A DNA stretch of 64,000 nt. Origin: Octopus sinensis (taxonomy: Eukaryota). The notes under the pieces are model-generated. The model ran no database searches and was not told the DNA's origin. It saw only the letters and a list, made by a program, of their open reading frames with translations. Positions 39,811 through 53,279 of the stretch are shown piece by piece; position 1 is the first letter of the stretch; the number at the start of each line of letters is the position of its first letter. Where the stretch lies: positions 25,916,001 through 25,980,000 of the forward strand of contig NC_043000.1 in the NCBI RefSeq assembly GCF_006345805.1. Direction: 5' to 3'. Made by a program: the position numbers and the translations under genes.

Positions 39811-41284
39811 AGCCCTTGTTTCATACATTCCAATCAATATAAGGCTTCCCTTTCACAGGTCCCAAATTACTCTATTGGTTGCCAAAAACTGGGAATCTGT
39901 ATCATATAGGATGCATGGCTGCTAAAGAAATATGGCAAAGGGTTAAGCTGCTTATGTGCAATTAGAGGGCGGTTTGACTGCTATTTCTAACAGATCAAGA
40001 GACCACATAGGGGCTTAATTATTCGCTTGGATAGAGGAGAGGATGAATAATGGTGAAATAGTGAAAACAGTGCAGCACTGAACTAAATGTCCGGAAGTAT
40101 TTAGTCACGTTCCCCAACATTTTTAAGTTCAAACCCTACAGAGGTTAGTAAACCGAAAACAACATGATTCAAACAATTAGACGAAATACCACTGTGTCGT
40201 CTTTTACCAATCTACGGAATCCACATTATTATCTCTACTGTAATTAATCTCCACTAATTAATTAAGTGGGATTAATTAAGTGGTCCAAGTCATTAGACTA
40301 ATTTCAAATCTTTTTTTGGGAACAGCAATACCACTTTTGTTGTACTTGGAATGTACTTGGAAAGGACACACCAATCCCATCATCATCATTTAACATCCAT
40401 TTTTTCATGCTGGCATGGGTCAGATGGAATTTACAGAAGATGTAGTGTTGGATGTCTTTCATGTGTTTCCAAGCTGGGTAATATTTTCCCTTATGGTTAG
40501 TCCCCATTACTCTGCAAGGGGCATAGGGCCAGTTTTTTGGTTTCTCTGGCAGATATATATTCTTCACTAGATGGCACCCTGGTCTGTCACAGGATTACTC
40601 ATTTTTGCCAGCTGAATGGACTGGGGCAACGTGAAATGAAGTGTCTTGCTCAAGAACACACTGCATCACCTGGTCCAGGAATTGAAACTACAATCTTCCA
40701 ATCAACACCCTATCCACTAAGCAAGTGGTTTCCAAAGTGGGAGCATTGAAGAAAAGTGGGGTGGTAATTGGGTAGCAATTGATGTAAAAACAACAAAAAT
40801 AATCGGTTAATTAGGTTTAAGTTTTATTTGTGAAATGCAGTTGCTTTGAATTTGCTTCAGGAAGTGGTCTTTGTTTGTGGTGGTAAGTTAGAGAGTGGTG
40901 GTGCTAGTAATGTGGCCTGGGTGCCAAAGGGGTGGCAGCCTGTAAAAGTTTGGGAACCACTGCACTAAGCTATGTGCTCCACAGTATTTTCCCATAGCTA
41001 GACTTAATTTTCACTGGAGACTGGAAATGAACATCCTCACTTATGTGGTTGTGATGCTTATTTAAAATGACTGTGTGATGTCTAGGCAAAGGCACACACA
41101 CATGACCAGCTTCTTACGGTTTCTACCAACCAGATCTACTCACAAGGCTTTATAGTCAACCTGGAACTATAATAGGAGACTTGTTCAAAGTACCACACAG
41201 TGGGATTGAACTTAATACCAGTTTGTTGGCACACAAGGTTCTCAATTACACAGCCCAGCCTGTGTCCTTTAGTCACCTTTGGTA

Positions 41285-41942
41285 AAGCAGTGAGTTGGCA
41301 GAATCGTTTGCACACTGGACCAAATGCTTAGCAGTATTTCGTCTGATTTTACGCTCTGAGTTCAAATTCTGCCATAGTCGACTTTGCCTTTCATCATTTC
41401 AGAGTCGATAAATTAACTTCCAGTTGTGTACTGGGGTTGATCTAATTGACTGGCCCCCCTCCTCCAAAATTTCGGGCCTTGTGCCTTGAGTAGAAAAGTT
41501 TATCCACCTTTGCAGTTGTCTTTCACTCCTTACTTTGAGAACATTTGAATTTCAAACTTATTTCACTTCCATATTATATTTTGTCTTTTAAGTTTGTTTC
41601 TTCTTTAATTCAACTTGTTTGGAATTAATTTGTTTGCATTCTGTGAGTAAAGACATTGAACACAGAACGTAAGGATATCAAAATGCCACTAAGTATTTTG
41701 TCTGGCCTGCTAGTGATTCTGCCAACTTGCAGCCATAATGATGATAATAATCCTTTCTACTGGGGGATGGAGCTAGTCGATTAGATCTACCCCAGTGTGC
41801 AAATGGTACTTAATTTATTAACCCTGAAAGGATGAAAGGCAAAGTCAACCTCGGCAAACTTTGAACTCAGAATATAAGACAGACAAAATACCGCTAAGCA
41901 TTTCGCCTGGCATGCTAACGTTTCTGCCAGCTCGCCACCTTA
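41285..41942. mobile_element. Inverted pair of family B SINEs (41285-41498 +, 41750-41942 -)
   Basis: Same family in opposite orientations about 250 bp apart. Confidence 0.75.
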
Positions 41943-44020
41943 ATAATAGTAATAATAATAATTTTACCAGTCTATAAAATACTAAGCATATCTTTAATAT
42001 TCATCTTTTTAAAAATGATAATTTAAAAACAGACTTGGAGTAATTAAAAGCAGTCCATTAAACAATTATCTTAATGGCTTTTTAATCTACTAAAATATTT
42101 ATTGATAATAATTTATCACTGTTTGTTTCGTCTCTTTTTGAAGAGGTCAAATGGTTGGTTGCATCAGTATCCTTGATTATTTAAGCCAATAGTACAGAAT
42201 TCAAACAACTCCTTCATCTTCTGGTCTCCATTTAGGTGCAAGAGCCCCGAGATGTTTACATTTTGTACTCCACACATTTCATTTCATTTCAGTTATTTGT
42301 CATTTTATGAATTCTCCCCCTTTTTTTTATTATTTTATTTATTATTGTTGATGTTTATCTTTTTATCGTTTATATCACACTTGTTTTTGTTTTTAGACTC
42401 TGGCCATGCTGGAGCATTGCTTTTAACTTTTCGTCTTTTGGTCAAATGAATTAACCCTAGTACATTTTTTTTTTTTTAAAGCCTGGTACTGGTTCTATTG
42501 GTCTCTTTTACTGAACTGCTAAGTTACAGGGATGTAAACACACCAACACCAGTTATCAAGTGGTGGTAGGGGACAGACACACACACACACAAGAGGCTTC
42601 TTTCAGTTTCCTTCTACCAAACCCACTCACGAGGTTTTGTTTGGCTTGAGGCTATAGTGGAAGACACTTGCACATGGTGTCACACAGTGGGTTTGAACCA
42701 GGAACCACGTGATTGGGAAGCAAGCTTGTTACCACACAGCCACGCCTGCACTTCTCTCAGTTTATTTTTGATTCCAGATTTTATCTTACCAATCACACCA
42801 TTACGAGTTCAAAATCCTGTCTAATTGTGGTTGCTACTAAAAGCACAAAGTGTTAAAGAATTTTGAAGTGACCACCTGACCTGATAAATTTGATTCTTGC
42901 ACAAGAAACTAATAAAATGCAGTTTTACAGAGTTACTTTTGTTGTTCATTATAACTCTGCCTCTCACTCTCATGACCACTCCCTCCCTTGCATAACTACT
43001 ACCTCCTCTCTGCTGAATTCATTCTTCCTCCTTCTCTCTTGCGAACTCTACCTCCTCCTCCTCTCCAGTGGATTTTACCCCCTCCCTGTTGTTAACTGTA
43101 TTGTTTATGGTTAAAAGTTTGTCAGATTTTGTATAGGAAGTGTCTTGATTTGCGACATCACAGCTGCCAGTGACCAGATTAAAGTGTTCATCATCTAATT
43201 CATAGCCGAACACTTTATTGATCTGGCGGACTGCAGTCCTCCTTGTTAATAAAACAAGTTGAAGACGAAAGAAAATTAAATGACAGACGAAAAGCAAATG
43301 AATTAGAATTTATTGAATCGCAATCACTTCCAAACTATTTATTTCTTCACATCGTGACATTGGTTTCTTTGAATTGTCAAAGGTTGAGATTACCACAAGA
43401 ATGGTAGCAACAAGTTCTTTGACTGATTTGAAGAATTCGGAATTATGTCCAAATAAGTTTCAGTGGTGAAGCCTCAGAATCTAAAATCTGGTGTGACTGA
43501 TTTGTCTACGTTCGTTATACTCACCAACCTCATATTTAATGAAGTCCTGTCAGTGTTTCCCCAACAACTCAGCTTTTAACATCCATCCCTCCATCCCTCT
43601 TCTAACTACTGTGCACTTCATTCTGCTGCTGTAAATGATACTATTTATCTCCCCTACTTTTTACTGTCCTTTATCACCTCCCCCTAACTCACTCCTATTT
43701 ACTTCACTCTCTCCCTCTCAAACTGATATTTACCATTGACTCTGCTTCCATGTTGTGCTCTATTCACTCTCCACCCCTAATCTTGTCTTGCTCTTTTCAC
43801 ATTCTTGCCAACTTACCCTTCTGTTTGTATTTTCCCTCTCCTGTATCCATCTTTTACCTTGAGGGGATGCCCTCACTATCTCTCTCCCCCCTCTCTTTCT
43901 CTTACACTGTTTCTAGTTGTGGAAGCCACACATCTCTCTTCTTCAGCAGGGCCCACATTCCTGTCCTTCCCCCTATCATACCTCTTCACCTCCTTCAGTA
44001 CTATACCTGATTCACATACT

Positions 44021-44250
44021 CTTTTACTTGTTTCAGTCATGTGACTGTGGCCATGCTAGAGCACCACCTCGAGTCGAGCAAATCGACCCCAGGACTTATT
44101 CTTTGTAAGCCTAGTACTTATTCTGTTGGTCTCTTTTGCCGAACTGCTAAGTTATGGGGACGTAAACACACCACCATCGGTTGTCAAGCGATGTTGAGGG
44201 ACAAACACAGACACACAAACATACACACACACATACATATATATATATAT

Positions 44251-44297
<47 letters not shown>

Positions 44298-44450
44298 TAT
44301 ATACGATGGGCTTCTTTTAGTTTCTGTCTACCAAATCCACTCAAGGCTTTGGTCAGCCCGAGGCTATAGTAGAAGACACTTGCCCAAGGTGCCACACAGT
44401 GGGACTGAACTCGGAACCATGTGGTTGGTAAGCAAGGTACTTACCACACC
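44021..44450 (-). mobile_element. SINE family A
   Basis: Reverse-complement match to 5564-5932. Confidence 0.85.
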
Positions 44451-45184
44451 TGGGTTTTTATCTTCCAAAATTACTTGATAACCTCGAGAGGGTCACTGCC
44501 ATGGAAAAATCCTCCCCAGTAAACTCTGTGAAGTGGTTGGCACCAAAGCAGACATTGCTGCTTGGCACCGTCTTCTGCTTCTTCGGTTCCTGTTCATCTA
44601 TCTAACCCATGTCAGCATGTAAAACAGATCTTAAACGATGATGATGATGAATTTACTCTTCCTGATCGCTAACCTTTAATCTATCAGAGAGTATGGTCTC
44701 TTTACATAAACTGACCTTTATACATCGAGTATAGGTTCTTAATAACCGCTGACCTTTGATAACGCATTTAGTATTGATCTCTTTGTATTGGTAAGATTGA
44801 CTCTTATTTTTCTAGTCGTAGATATCCTTCTTACCATTTTCATTCCTTCCTTTTCTGGTTTTTGTCTGTCTTTTATCTCTTTCTGTATCAATTGTCCAAA
44901 ATTGTACAATTTACTCCTTAATAATTTGTTGTCAATCTACAAACAAACCCTCTCCCTATTTCTTCCCTCCCAGATTTTTCGTTGTCCAATTCATGCTACT
45001 TGCTTGTCTGTCTGTCTGTCTGCCTGTTTGTCTGTCTTTCTCTCTTTCTGAAAATATTCTGTAAGTGAAAGGAGAAAAAGCTATTGATTTCATTCAGACC
45101 AAGTGCATACACAGTAGCTACTGTATTCGAAGGCATAAGATGCACTTTTTGGTTCTGTATGTGTCTTATATGAGTTCTGTATAG

Positions 45185-45385
45185 GTGCTGTGGTTCATTT
45201 ATGGGCCCTGTGTGGTTCATATATGGGCCCTGTGGCTCATTTATGGGCCCTGTGTGGGTCATATATGGGTTCTGTGTGGTTCATATATGGGCCCTCTGGT
45301 TCATTTATGGGTCCTGTGTGGGTCATATATGGGTGCTGTGTGGTTCATATATGGGCCCTGTGTGGGTTATATATGGGTCCTGTAT
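45185..45385. repeat. 20-22-bp minisatellite (tgtgtggttcatatatgggccc)
   Basis: About 9 copies. Confidence 0.9.
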
Positions 45386-47274
45386 GTGAAATTGGGTTAT
45401 AATTTTTCTGAATATGCACTGCTGAAATTGGGGTGTATTCAAAATGCCTGTCCATCTTTTATGCCAAAAAAATATAAATTGATCCTTGCCAGTACTTAAT
45501 CTCTTGTTTCTGTTGTGTCAAATGGATGAGAGACTGACCTTTCCATTACTCTATATCTGTTGAAGTGAACTGCTTTTGTTTCAATTAATTTTGAAAATAA
45601 TGTGAAATTCGGTAAAGTACTTTGTTTAAAGAAGTGATATTGAACCAGCGCATGTGTTTATTATTATTGGCATAATGACCCTTATTAAGCTGGTGTTTGG
45701 AACATAAATTAACGTGGGATTTTAATGGAATATTTTGACATAAATCCTTTTAAATCAGGAAGTTTGTATTGTAGAATCAGGTTGGGTCCCTGGCTGGTTG
45801 CTATCATCATCATCATCATCATCATCGTTTAACATCCGCTTTCTATGCTAGCATGGGTTGGATGATTTGACTGAGGTCTGGCAAACCAGCTGGCTGCATC
45901 AGACTCCAATCTGATCTGGCAGAGTTTCTACAGCTGGATGCCCTTCCTATGCCAACCACTCCAATAGTGTAGTGGGTGCTTTTTATGTGCCATCGGCACG
46001 AGGGCCAATCAGGCAGCACTGGCAATGGCCAAAAAGGTTAATCTCTCTCTAGATATGATGATGATGATCTATTAGTGGCAGTCTTTTTGATTGGAACAAT
46101 TACCCTCTGTAGAGGCCATGGGAACAACCATCAATCATTTCAGTGCAACAACCGTGAACAGAACCTATATAAAGCTAAGTGGGTTTAGCTTTTGGGAACT
46201 AAATTCTTTGGCTATGGGCTTAACCTTTTAGCATTCAGATTACTCCATCAAATATAATGCTTTTTAATTCACATTGTTTTTAATTAATCATTCATTATGT
46301 CACAGCTTTGAAATTTTGATGATGTGAATTGTTTATTTTTAGAATGACATAGCAGGGTAGGTGTGAGAGGCCAATTATGGCCTGTTTGAACATAGAACAG
46401 AATATTTGGGTTAAATGCAGGACTAATGACAGGATATAACTGCTGACCCCTTTCGCTTCTTATCTAGTAATTTATTATCTCAGTCATCTATCCTTGACTC
46501 AGTGAATAAGTCAGAAATAGCAGCCAAATTTCCCTCAGATCTCTTGTACTCTAGCATCTTAAGATTCTCAAAAAACAAAAAGGTAGGACACACTGGACAA
46601 TGCAGTTGACTTAATCATTTCCCCCAAATTTGAGGCCTTGTGCTTCCAGTAGAAAGGATTTTTATTATTATTATTATTGAGTGAGAGAGGCATCCAGCTG
46701 TAGAAGTACCTTGCCAGATCAGATTGGAGCCTGGCACAGTCCTCTGGCTCTCCAGACCTCAGTCAAACTCTCCAACTCATACCAGCATGGAAAGTGGACG
46801 TTAAACAACAATGATGATGTTAGCAGTGCATTATTATTATTATTATTATTGTGGTGGTGGTGGTGAATTGAGAGAAATGGTAGAGCATTGGTGAAAATGG
46901 TTTGTAATATTTATGTGTCTCTCTGCTCTGAGCTCAGACTTTCACTGATGTTCTGTCTTTCATCTCTCTGGAGTTGATTAGAATATATCAAAGTCAGATA
47001 ATGGATGGGGGTGAGGGGTGGGGTGTATCAGTAAAGTTGTATGTATTCTATGACAGAATTAATGTCCATTGCCTATGGTAGAAACTACTACTACTACTGC
47101 TGCTGCTGCTGCTACTACTACTACTACTACTACAATTAATACCACCACCACCACCACCTTGCCTTTTATTCTTTTAGGGATTGATTAAATAAGTACCAGT
47201 TACATGCTAGGGTCGATGAAATCGACTAGCCCTCTCCCCCAAATTTCAGGCCCTTGTGCCTATAGTAGAAAGGA

Positions 47275-47497
47275 TTATTATTATTATTATTATTTTATTA
47301 TTATTATTATTATAATTGTTATTATTATTATTATTGTTATTATTATTATAATTGTTATTATTATTATTATTATTATAATTGTTATTATTATTATTATAAT
47401 TGTTATTATTATTATTATTAATTATTATTATTATTATTATAATTGTTTATTATTATTATTATTATTATAATTGTTATTATTATTATTATTATTATAA

Positions 47498-47552
<55 letters not shown>

Positions 47553-47601
47553 ATTGTTATTATTATTATTATTATTATTATAATTGTTATTATAATTGTT
47601 A

Positions 47602-47639
<38 letters not shown>

Positions 47640-47676
47640 GTTATTATAATTGTTATTATTATTATTATTATTATTA
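47275..47676. repeat. (ATT)n microsatellite with ataattgtt interruptions
   Basis: Direct reading. Confidence 0.95.
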
Positions 47677-50670
47677 CAAAGGTGGCAGAATTATAAGCAT
47701 CCTGGATGAAATGCTTTAGAGTTTGAGTTCAAATTCCACTGAGGTCAACTTTGTCATTTATTCCTCTCAGGAAGATACAATAAAGTACCAGTCATATACT
47801 GGGGTTGATGGTATTGACAAATCCCCTTCCTTAAAATTACTGGCTTTGCACCAAAATTTGAAACCAGTATTATTATTATTATTATGACACTGAAGGTGCA
47901 TGGCTCAGTGGTTAGTGTCAAGCTTGCAATCGTGAGGTTGTGAGTTCGATTCCTGGACCGGACTATGTGTTGTGTTCTTGAGCAAGACACTTATTTCACG
48001 TTGCTCCAGTTAACTCAGCTGTGGAAATGAGTTGCAACATCACTGCCAAGCTTATTGACCTTTCCCTTTCCCAACATTGGTGGCACGGAGAGGGGAGTCT
48101 GGTATGCATGGCCAACTGCTGGTCTTCCACAAACAACCTTGCCTGGACTTTTGCTTCGGAGAGTAATTTCCTAGGTGCAATCCCATGGTCATTCATGACC
48201 GAAGGGGGTCTCCTCTCCTTATTATGACGGTGCAAGATGGAATCTGTCGAGTACTGGGCAAATGTCTTGTAGTATTTACTTGAATTTCTATATTAGGACT
48301 TCCACATTCTGTCAGGGTCAGCTTTTACTTCTGTTGTTGATAAAATAAAGCGCCAAGTCAAAGACTGGCACTGATGTAATCAATTATCCCCCCCCCCCGC
48401 TACAACGCTCCGAGTTTTTGTCCTTGTCACTAACTTTAGAAATTGTTGTCATAGCAGCAGTCATTATGGTTGCTGTTGTAGTGTTTTCTCTCGTAACTGT
48501 GCAGTAAATAGTTAATATTTTAAAAAATATTTTTCTTCCTTCCATTACATAACACCTGCCTTGTTGTTGGACATAGTGGTCACATTCATTCAAATATTCA
48601 TAAGCTTTCTCCCTCTGTTTCCTTTCTTTATCATTCATTCTCTCATATCTCAACAACTGTAGCAGCAACACCACCAACAACAAAAGCATATTGTCTTCAT
48701 AAATTGTTTATAATGGTCATCTTTTTGACAGAAAGATTTCACCATCTAATATTATGGCAGATGCTGTATACGTAGCCACTGTACAGAGAATGTGCTGGTT
48801 CTCAACCAAGATACATGCGACCCCTGGGATGTCCATGTAAGATTTTAGGGGGGATCTATGAAAGCAAAATATATTTCTTTACTACCCACAAGGGGCTAAA
48901 CATAGAGGGGACAGACAAAGGGATTAAGTGGATTACATCAACTCCAGTGCGAGATAGGGGATCTGTGATAATATTTTTAGTGTCCAAAAAGCACCATTTG
49001 ATTGTGACCAATACCAATGCCACCTGACTGGCTCCCGTGCCAGTGGTACGTAAAAAGCACCATTCAAGCATGACTGATGCCAGTGCCACCTGACTGGCAC
49101 CTCTGAGTGTGACTGATGCCAGTGCTGCTCGACTGGCTCCTGTGCCAGTGGCATGTAAAAAACACCATTCAAGCGTGACCGGTGCCAGTGCCACCTGATA
49201 TGTGAGGATACATTGAATGATGCTCTATGCACTACGATATCTTTGAATAAAAGACGACTGTTCTGGCTATGACTGAAGCACTTTTGGCCAAGATTGACCA
49301 GGGACTGCTTTATTTCTATATGTATATACATTACATCCATATATATATTTACAGATAACAGGAGAGAGAGAAGTGGGGGAGTGTATTGGGTGAGAGGGTG
49401 AGGTATGAGTAAAAGCAGTAACAGAATGCTGCCACTGCACTGTTGTTTATCTTTGTGAAATTGCATGTTCTTTGGAGGAAGCTGAAGTGGACGATACCAA
49501 TGAGTCATCTACGTTACATAATGGAAGTTATGTTACAGACCGATAGAGCGACAGATTTCCCCAAAATTATAATAACGATTAGGTCAGATGATGAAATTGT
49601 CAAACTTTGATCCTGTATGTTGTATAATAGAACACTCATCACCATTGGGGAATTATCTATTATTCAGCAATTGTAAAATTTTATCATGGCTCAACTCATG
49701 ACTGATCCTATTCTCTCTCTCTTCCTAACGATAATTAATTAATTAGTGTTCAGCTGAGTAAAATGTTTTATTGAAGTCATTGTTAGTACTAAGTAGATTA
49801 ACAATAAAGTTATTGTTGTTTTCACTTTGAAATGTTTTACTTTTTGAACTTTATTTGTTATCATGAGTTCCACAGGCTTAGATATTCTCAAATGCATTAA
49901 TTGGTATTAGTAGTAGTAGTAGTAGCATCCTCTTAGAGATCAAACCTATGATCAGAGAGATGTTACCGCTGTGACCACGTCATTTTTTTTTTTGTTTTGT
50001 TTTCAACTATGATGCATCAAGAACTACATTATTCCACTTTGATCTTCCATTTCTAACATGGTAAGGTGTAATCTTGGAAGATCTGACTGTTATTTCCTTG
50101 CTGGCTTGATTGGAACAAATGTTTTACAACTGGATGTCTTCTTTCACAATCTTACTCTTCGCTATGGCATTGGCCGTTTTCAATTCTTCTATTTTCTATT
50201 CTTAAAAATCAGTTTTTTTAGCGACAGAAACCTTGCTTTTGGCATTATGTGAAGAACTTGGTAGCGTTTGTTTTGTAACTGTATGAAGAACCTGACAGCA
50301 TCCAGAATAATATATATGTAGGTTGGGACAAATAATGTATTTCCCAAGGATCTGACATTCAGGAGCAGAAACCTACTTAACTGATTTGGTTACTTATCTA
50401 TATATGTTACGACGAGTGTTTCAGTTGATTCGATCAACAAAACAGGACAGCCTGCTTGTGAAATTAGCGTGCAAGTGGCTGAGTATTCCACAGAGATGTG
50501 TACCCTTAATGTAGTTCTCAGAAGGATTCAGCATGACACAGAATGTAACAAGGTTGGCCCTTTGATTTACAGGTACAACTCATTTTTGCCACCTGAGTGG
50601 ACTGGAACAACATGAAATAAAGTGTCTTGCTCAAGGACACAGCATTCCACTGAGAATCAAACCCCTAGCC

Positions 50671-50899
50671 TTACGACCATGAGTCAAATACCTTAACCAG
50701 AAGCCATGCACCTTCACATATGTATGTAACCAAACAGCTAACATTTCCCTATCATCTTCAACCATTTTTTCCCCCCTCTCGTACACTCTTATAACCTCTA
50801 CTGATCTAAATTCCCTGTTCTTCTGTCCCTTCTCACTTCTGTTCACCTTGTACCTGAAATCAGTAGGCTTGTTATAACACTTTTTCTCAACATGAGTAA
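50671..50899 (+). repeat. About 225-bp direct duplication, partner at 52596-52822
   Basis: ttac.accatgag.caaataccttaaccagaagcca...aatcagtaggcttgt.ataacactttttctcaacatgagtaa is present twice, 1.9 kb apart. Confidence 0.9.
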
Positions 50900-50922
50900 G
50901 ACTTGAAATGAAAATCCGCCTA

Positions 50923-51283
50923 CAGGAGTGGCCATGTGGTAAGTAGCTTGCTTACCAACCACATGGTTCCGGGTTCAGTCCCACTGTGTGGCACCTTGGG
51001 CAAGTGTCTTCTACTATAGCCTAGGGCCGACCAAAGCCTTGTGAGTGGATTTGGCAGAGGGAAACTGAAAGAAGCCTGTCGTGTGTGCGTGTGTGTCTGT
51101 GTTTGTCACCCACCTTGACAACTGATGTTGGTTTGTTTACGTTCCTGTAACTTAGAGGGTTGGCAAAACAGACCTATAGAATAAATACTAGGCTTACAAA
51201 AAATAAGTCCTGGGGGTCGATTGGTTCGACTAAAGGCAGTGCTCCAGCATGGCTGCATTCAAATGACTGAAACACGTAAAAGA
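50923..51283 (+). mobile_element. SINE family A
   Basis: Direct match to 5564-5932. Confidence 0.85.
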
Positions 51284-52098
51284 CTAACCTTTTGTGACGG
51301 TTTCTTTGTTGAAAGAAGCGACTCATCCGAAATGTTAATCTTTGGTTTTGTCCAACCTATTCCAGATGGAAGGACAGCAAGAACTTGTACTCAGTCGATT
51401 AGTTTCAAGACATTGAGACAAAGTATCCAAGAATTATCCCTAAAACCAAGCTGAATCCTCTGGGGAGGTTTGTCAGTCATCTTGTCTTTGTTGTCTTAAC
51501 TGTAGGATGTAAAAATATTTGAAAATTCTTCAGAATTTCATAACTTTGCAATGCTTGTGGATGTTTATACACATATACAAAACACACATTAACGTATATA
51601 AAAGTGCACATGCACGCACGCGTACATAGTTTGATACCCCACCCAGATAATAGATCACATATATTTCTGAAAATTAAGAATGTTGAAAATGTGATTATCT
51701 TTAGATTAAGAATTCTTTTGGATATTTTTCAAGGTACAGAGCACACACCTATGTACACACATATATGGGATTCATACTAAACTTTATGCAAGGAAATTTG
51801 TTTAATATTTGTTTAATATGGTGATTTTAAGGAAGCATGCATTTTGTAATCATCTGGGAGTCCAGGTTTATTCACATGCACACGGGTGCATACACACACT
51901 ATATTGAAAGCAAAATTGAAGTAATATGTTTTTTTAATGAAAACTGAAACCACATTATTCAGATTTGAAACCCCACCAAAAAAGAAAAAAGATTCACAAA
52001 TATGAAGCCTGCGATTCACTTTGCTGCTACTCAAAGCAACAACAGATGAAATCATCATCTTTATATACAAAGAAATATATACTGTATAACATGTGATG

Positions 52099-52138
<40 letters not shown>

Positions 52139-52501
52139 GCTCTTAGCTTAGACTTTTTTGGAGGCCAGCAGATTGAACCATCTCGTGTAACTGCTCGAAA
52201 TGGTCATGACTTCTGGTACTTGACTGAAGAAAGAAGGCCACAAATGACCCGTCTGTTTTTACCTGTCCTTCTATTTGTTGTTTCTCTTGTCTGCTTTTGT
52301 ATTGTCTATCTGTCCAAATGTTTTATTGTCCTTTATTATGTTTTTGTTCCTTTTTTATTTTATATATATATACCGCACAGGTGGAAATATATATGAAAGA
52401 TGTTTATTCACTTGACCGGTTTCACTGTTTTAGAAAAAGATTGTCAAAAGAAAAAATGTAAAAGCTTTGATGTGTTAAGTATATATGTGATAATTAGTTG
52501 G

Positions 52502-52575
52502 TTGTCATAATAAAACTCAGAGTTTCAGACACTGGGCCTGAAGTTTGCTCTGGATCTCATCAGTTATTAAGACAA
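52502..52575 (-). ncRNA. Type I hammerhead-like fold with long stem I and degenerate stem II
   Basis: Minus strand: TTGTC t TAATAA CTGATGA [30 nt] GAAA CTCtGAG TT TTATTA t GACAA; 11 of 12 stem I pairs, stem III ACTC/GAGT. Confidence 0.62.
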
Positions 52576-52880
52576 AACGCTATGAAAAAAAAACTTTACA
52601 ACCATGAGCCAAATACCTTAACCAGAAGCCACGCACCTTCACATCTGTATGTAACCAAACAGCTAACACTTCCCTACCATCTCCAACCATTTCGCCCTCT
52701 CCCGTACACTCTTACAACCTCTACTGACCAAATTCCCCTGTCCTCCTGTCTCTTCTCACTTCTGTTCACCTTGTACCTGGAATCAGTAGGCTTGTAATAA
52801 CACTTTTTCTCAACATGAGTAATACTGCAAATGAATTCCAAAATTCCTCATCTCTAGAATATAGAACGATAAAAATGATG

Positions 52881-53279
52881 TAGTAAAGATTGTTTGCCAA
52901 CATAGCCTGGCAGTCCTGGTTTAGAACGAATGTTGCTGTAATTTAGCTCCAAGAGACATTGTCTCCAGCTGGCTATACAACATGATCTGTGTCCTTATAT
53001 TTTTAAACAAGGGAATCTAGCACCCCCACTCAGCTCAAAACAATATCGGTGTATCGCGATTTCTGGGTTATTTCCTTTCATCAGCACAGAATAATTGCTC
53101 GGGTAAAGGTGGTGCTGCCAAATTCCCGTTCGAAATATATAGTTTTCAAAGTGACAAATTACAGCAACATTAGTCCTAAACCAGGACTGCCATGGTATGT
53201 TGGCAAACAATCTTTACTTCAAAATACTGTTGCTGAATATCTCACATTGTGAGATTTAAAGAATAGTAATGTTTTAATT
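52881..53279 (-). mobile_element. 399-bp non-autonomous Penelope-like element with HHR, internal inverted repeat and 13-bp TSD
   Basis: Direct repeat gataaaaatgatg at 52868-52880 and 53280-53292; inverted repeat 52882-52944 vs 53156-53218; HHR at 53040-53098. Confidence 0.82.
53040..53098 (-). ncRNA. Type I hammerhead ribozyme, stem II eroded
   Basis: Minus strand: gcaattat TCTGTG CTGATGA aaGG aaataa CCca GAAA TCGCGA TA CACCGA tattgt; palindromic stem III ATCGCGAT; one mismatch in stem I. Confidence 0.72.

Noticed and set aside
45185-45499. Three overlapping ORFs with GPCVVHIW-type repeats
   Set aside because: Translation of a 20-22-bp minisatellite in all three frames.
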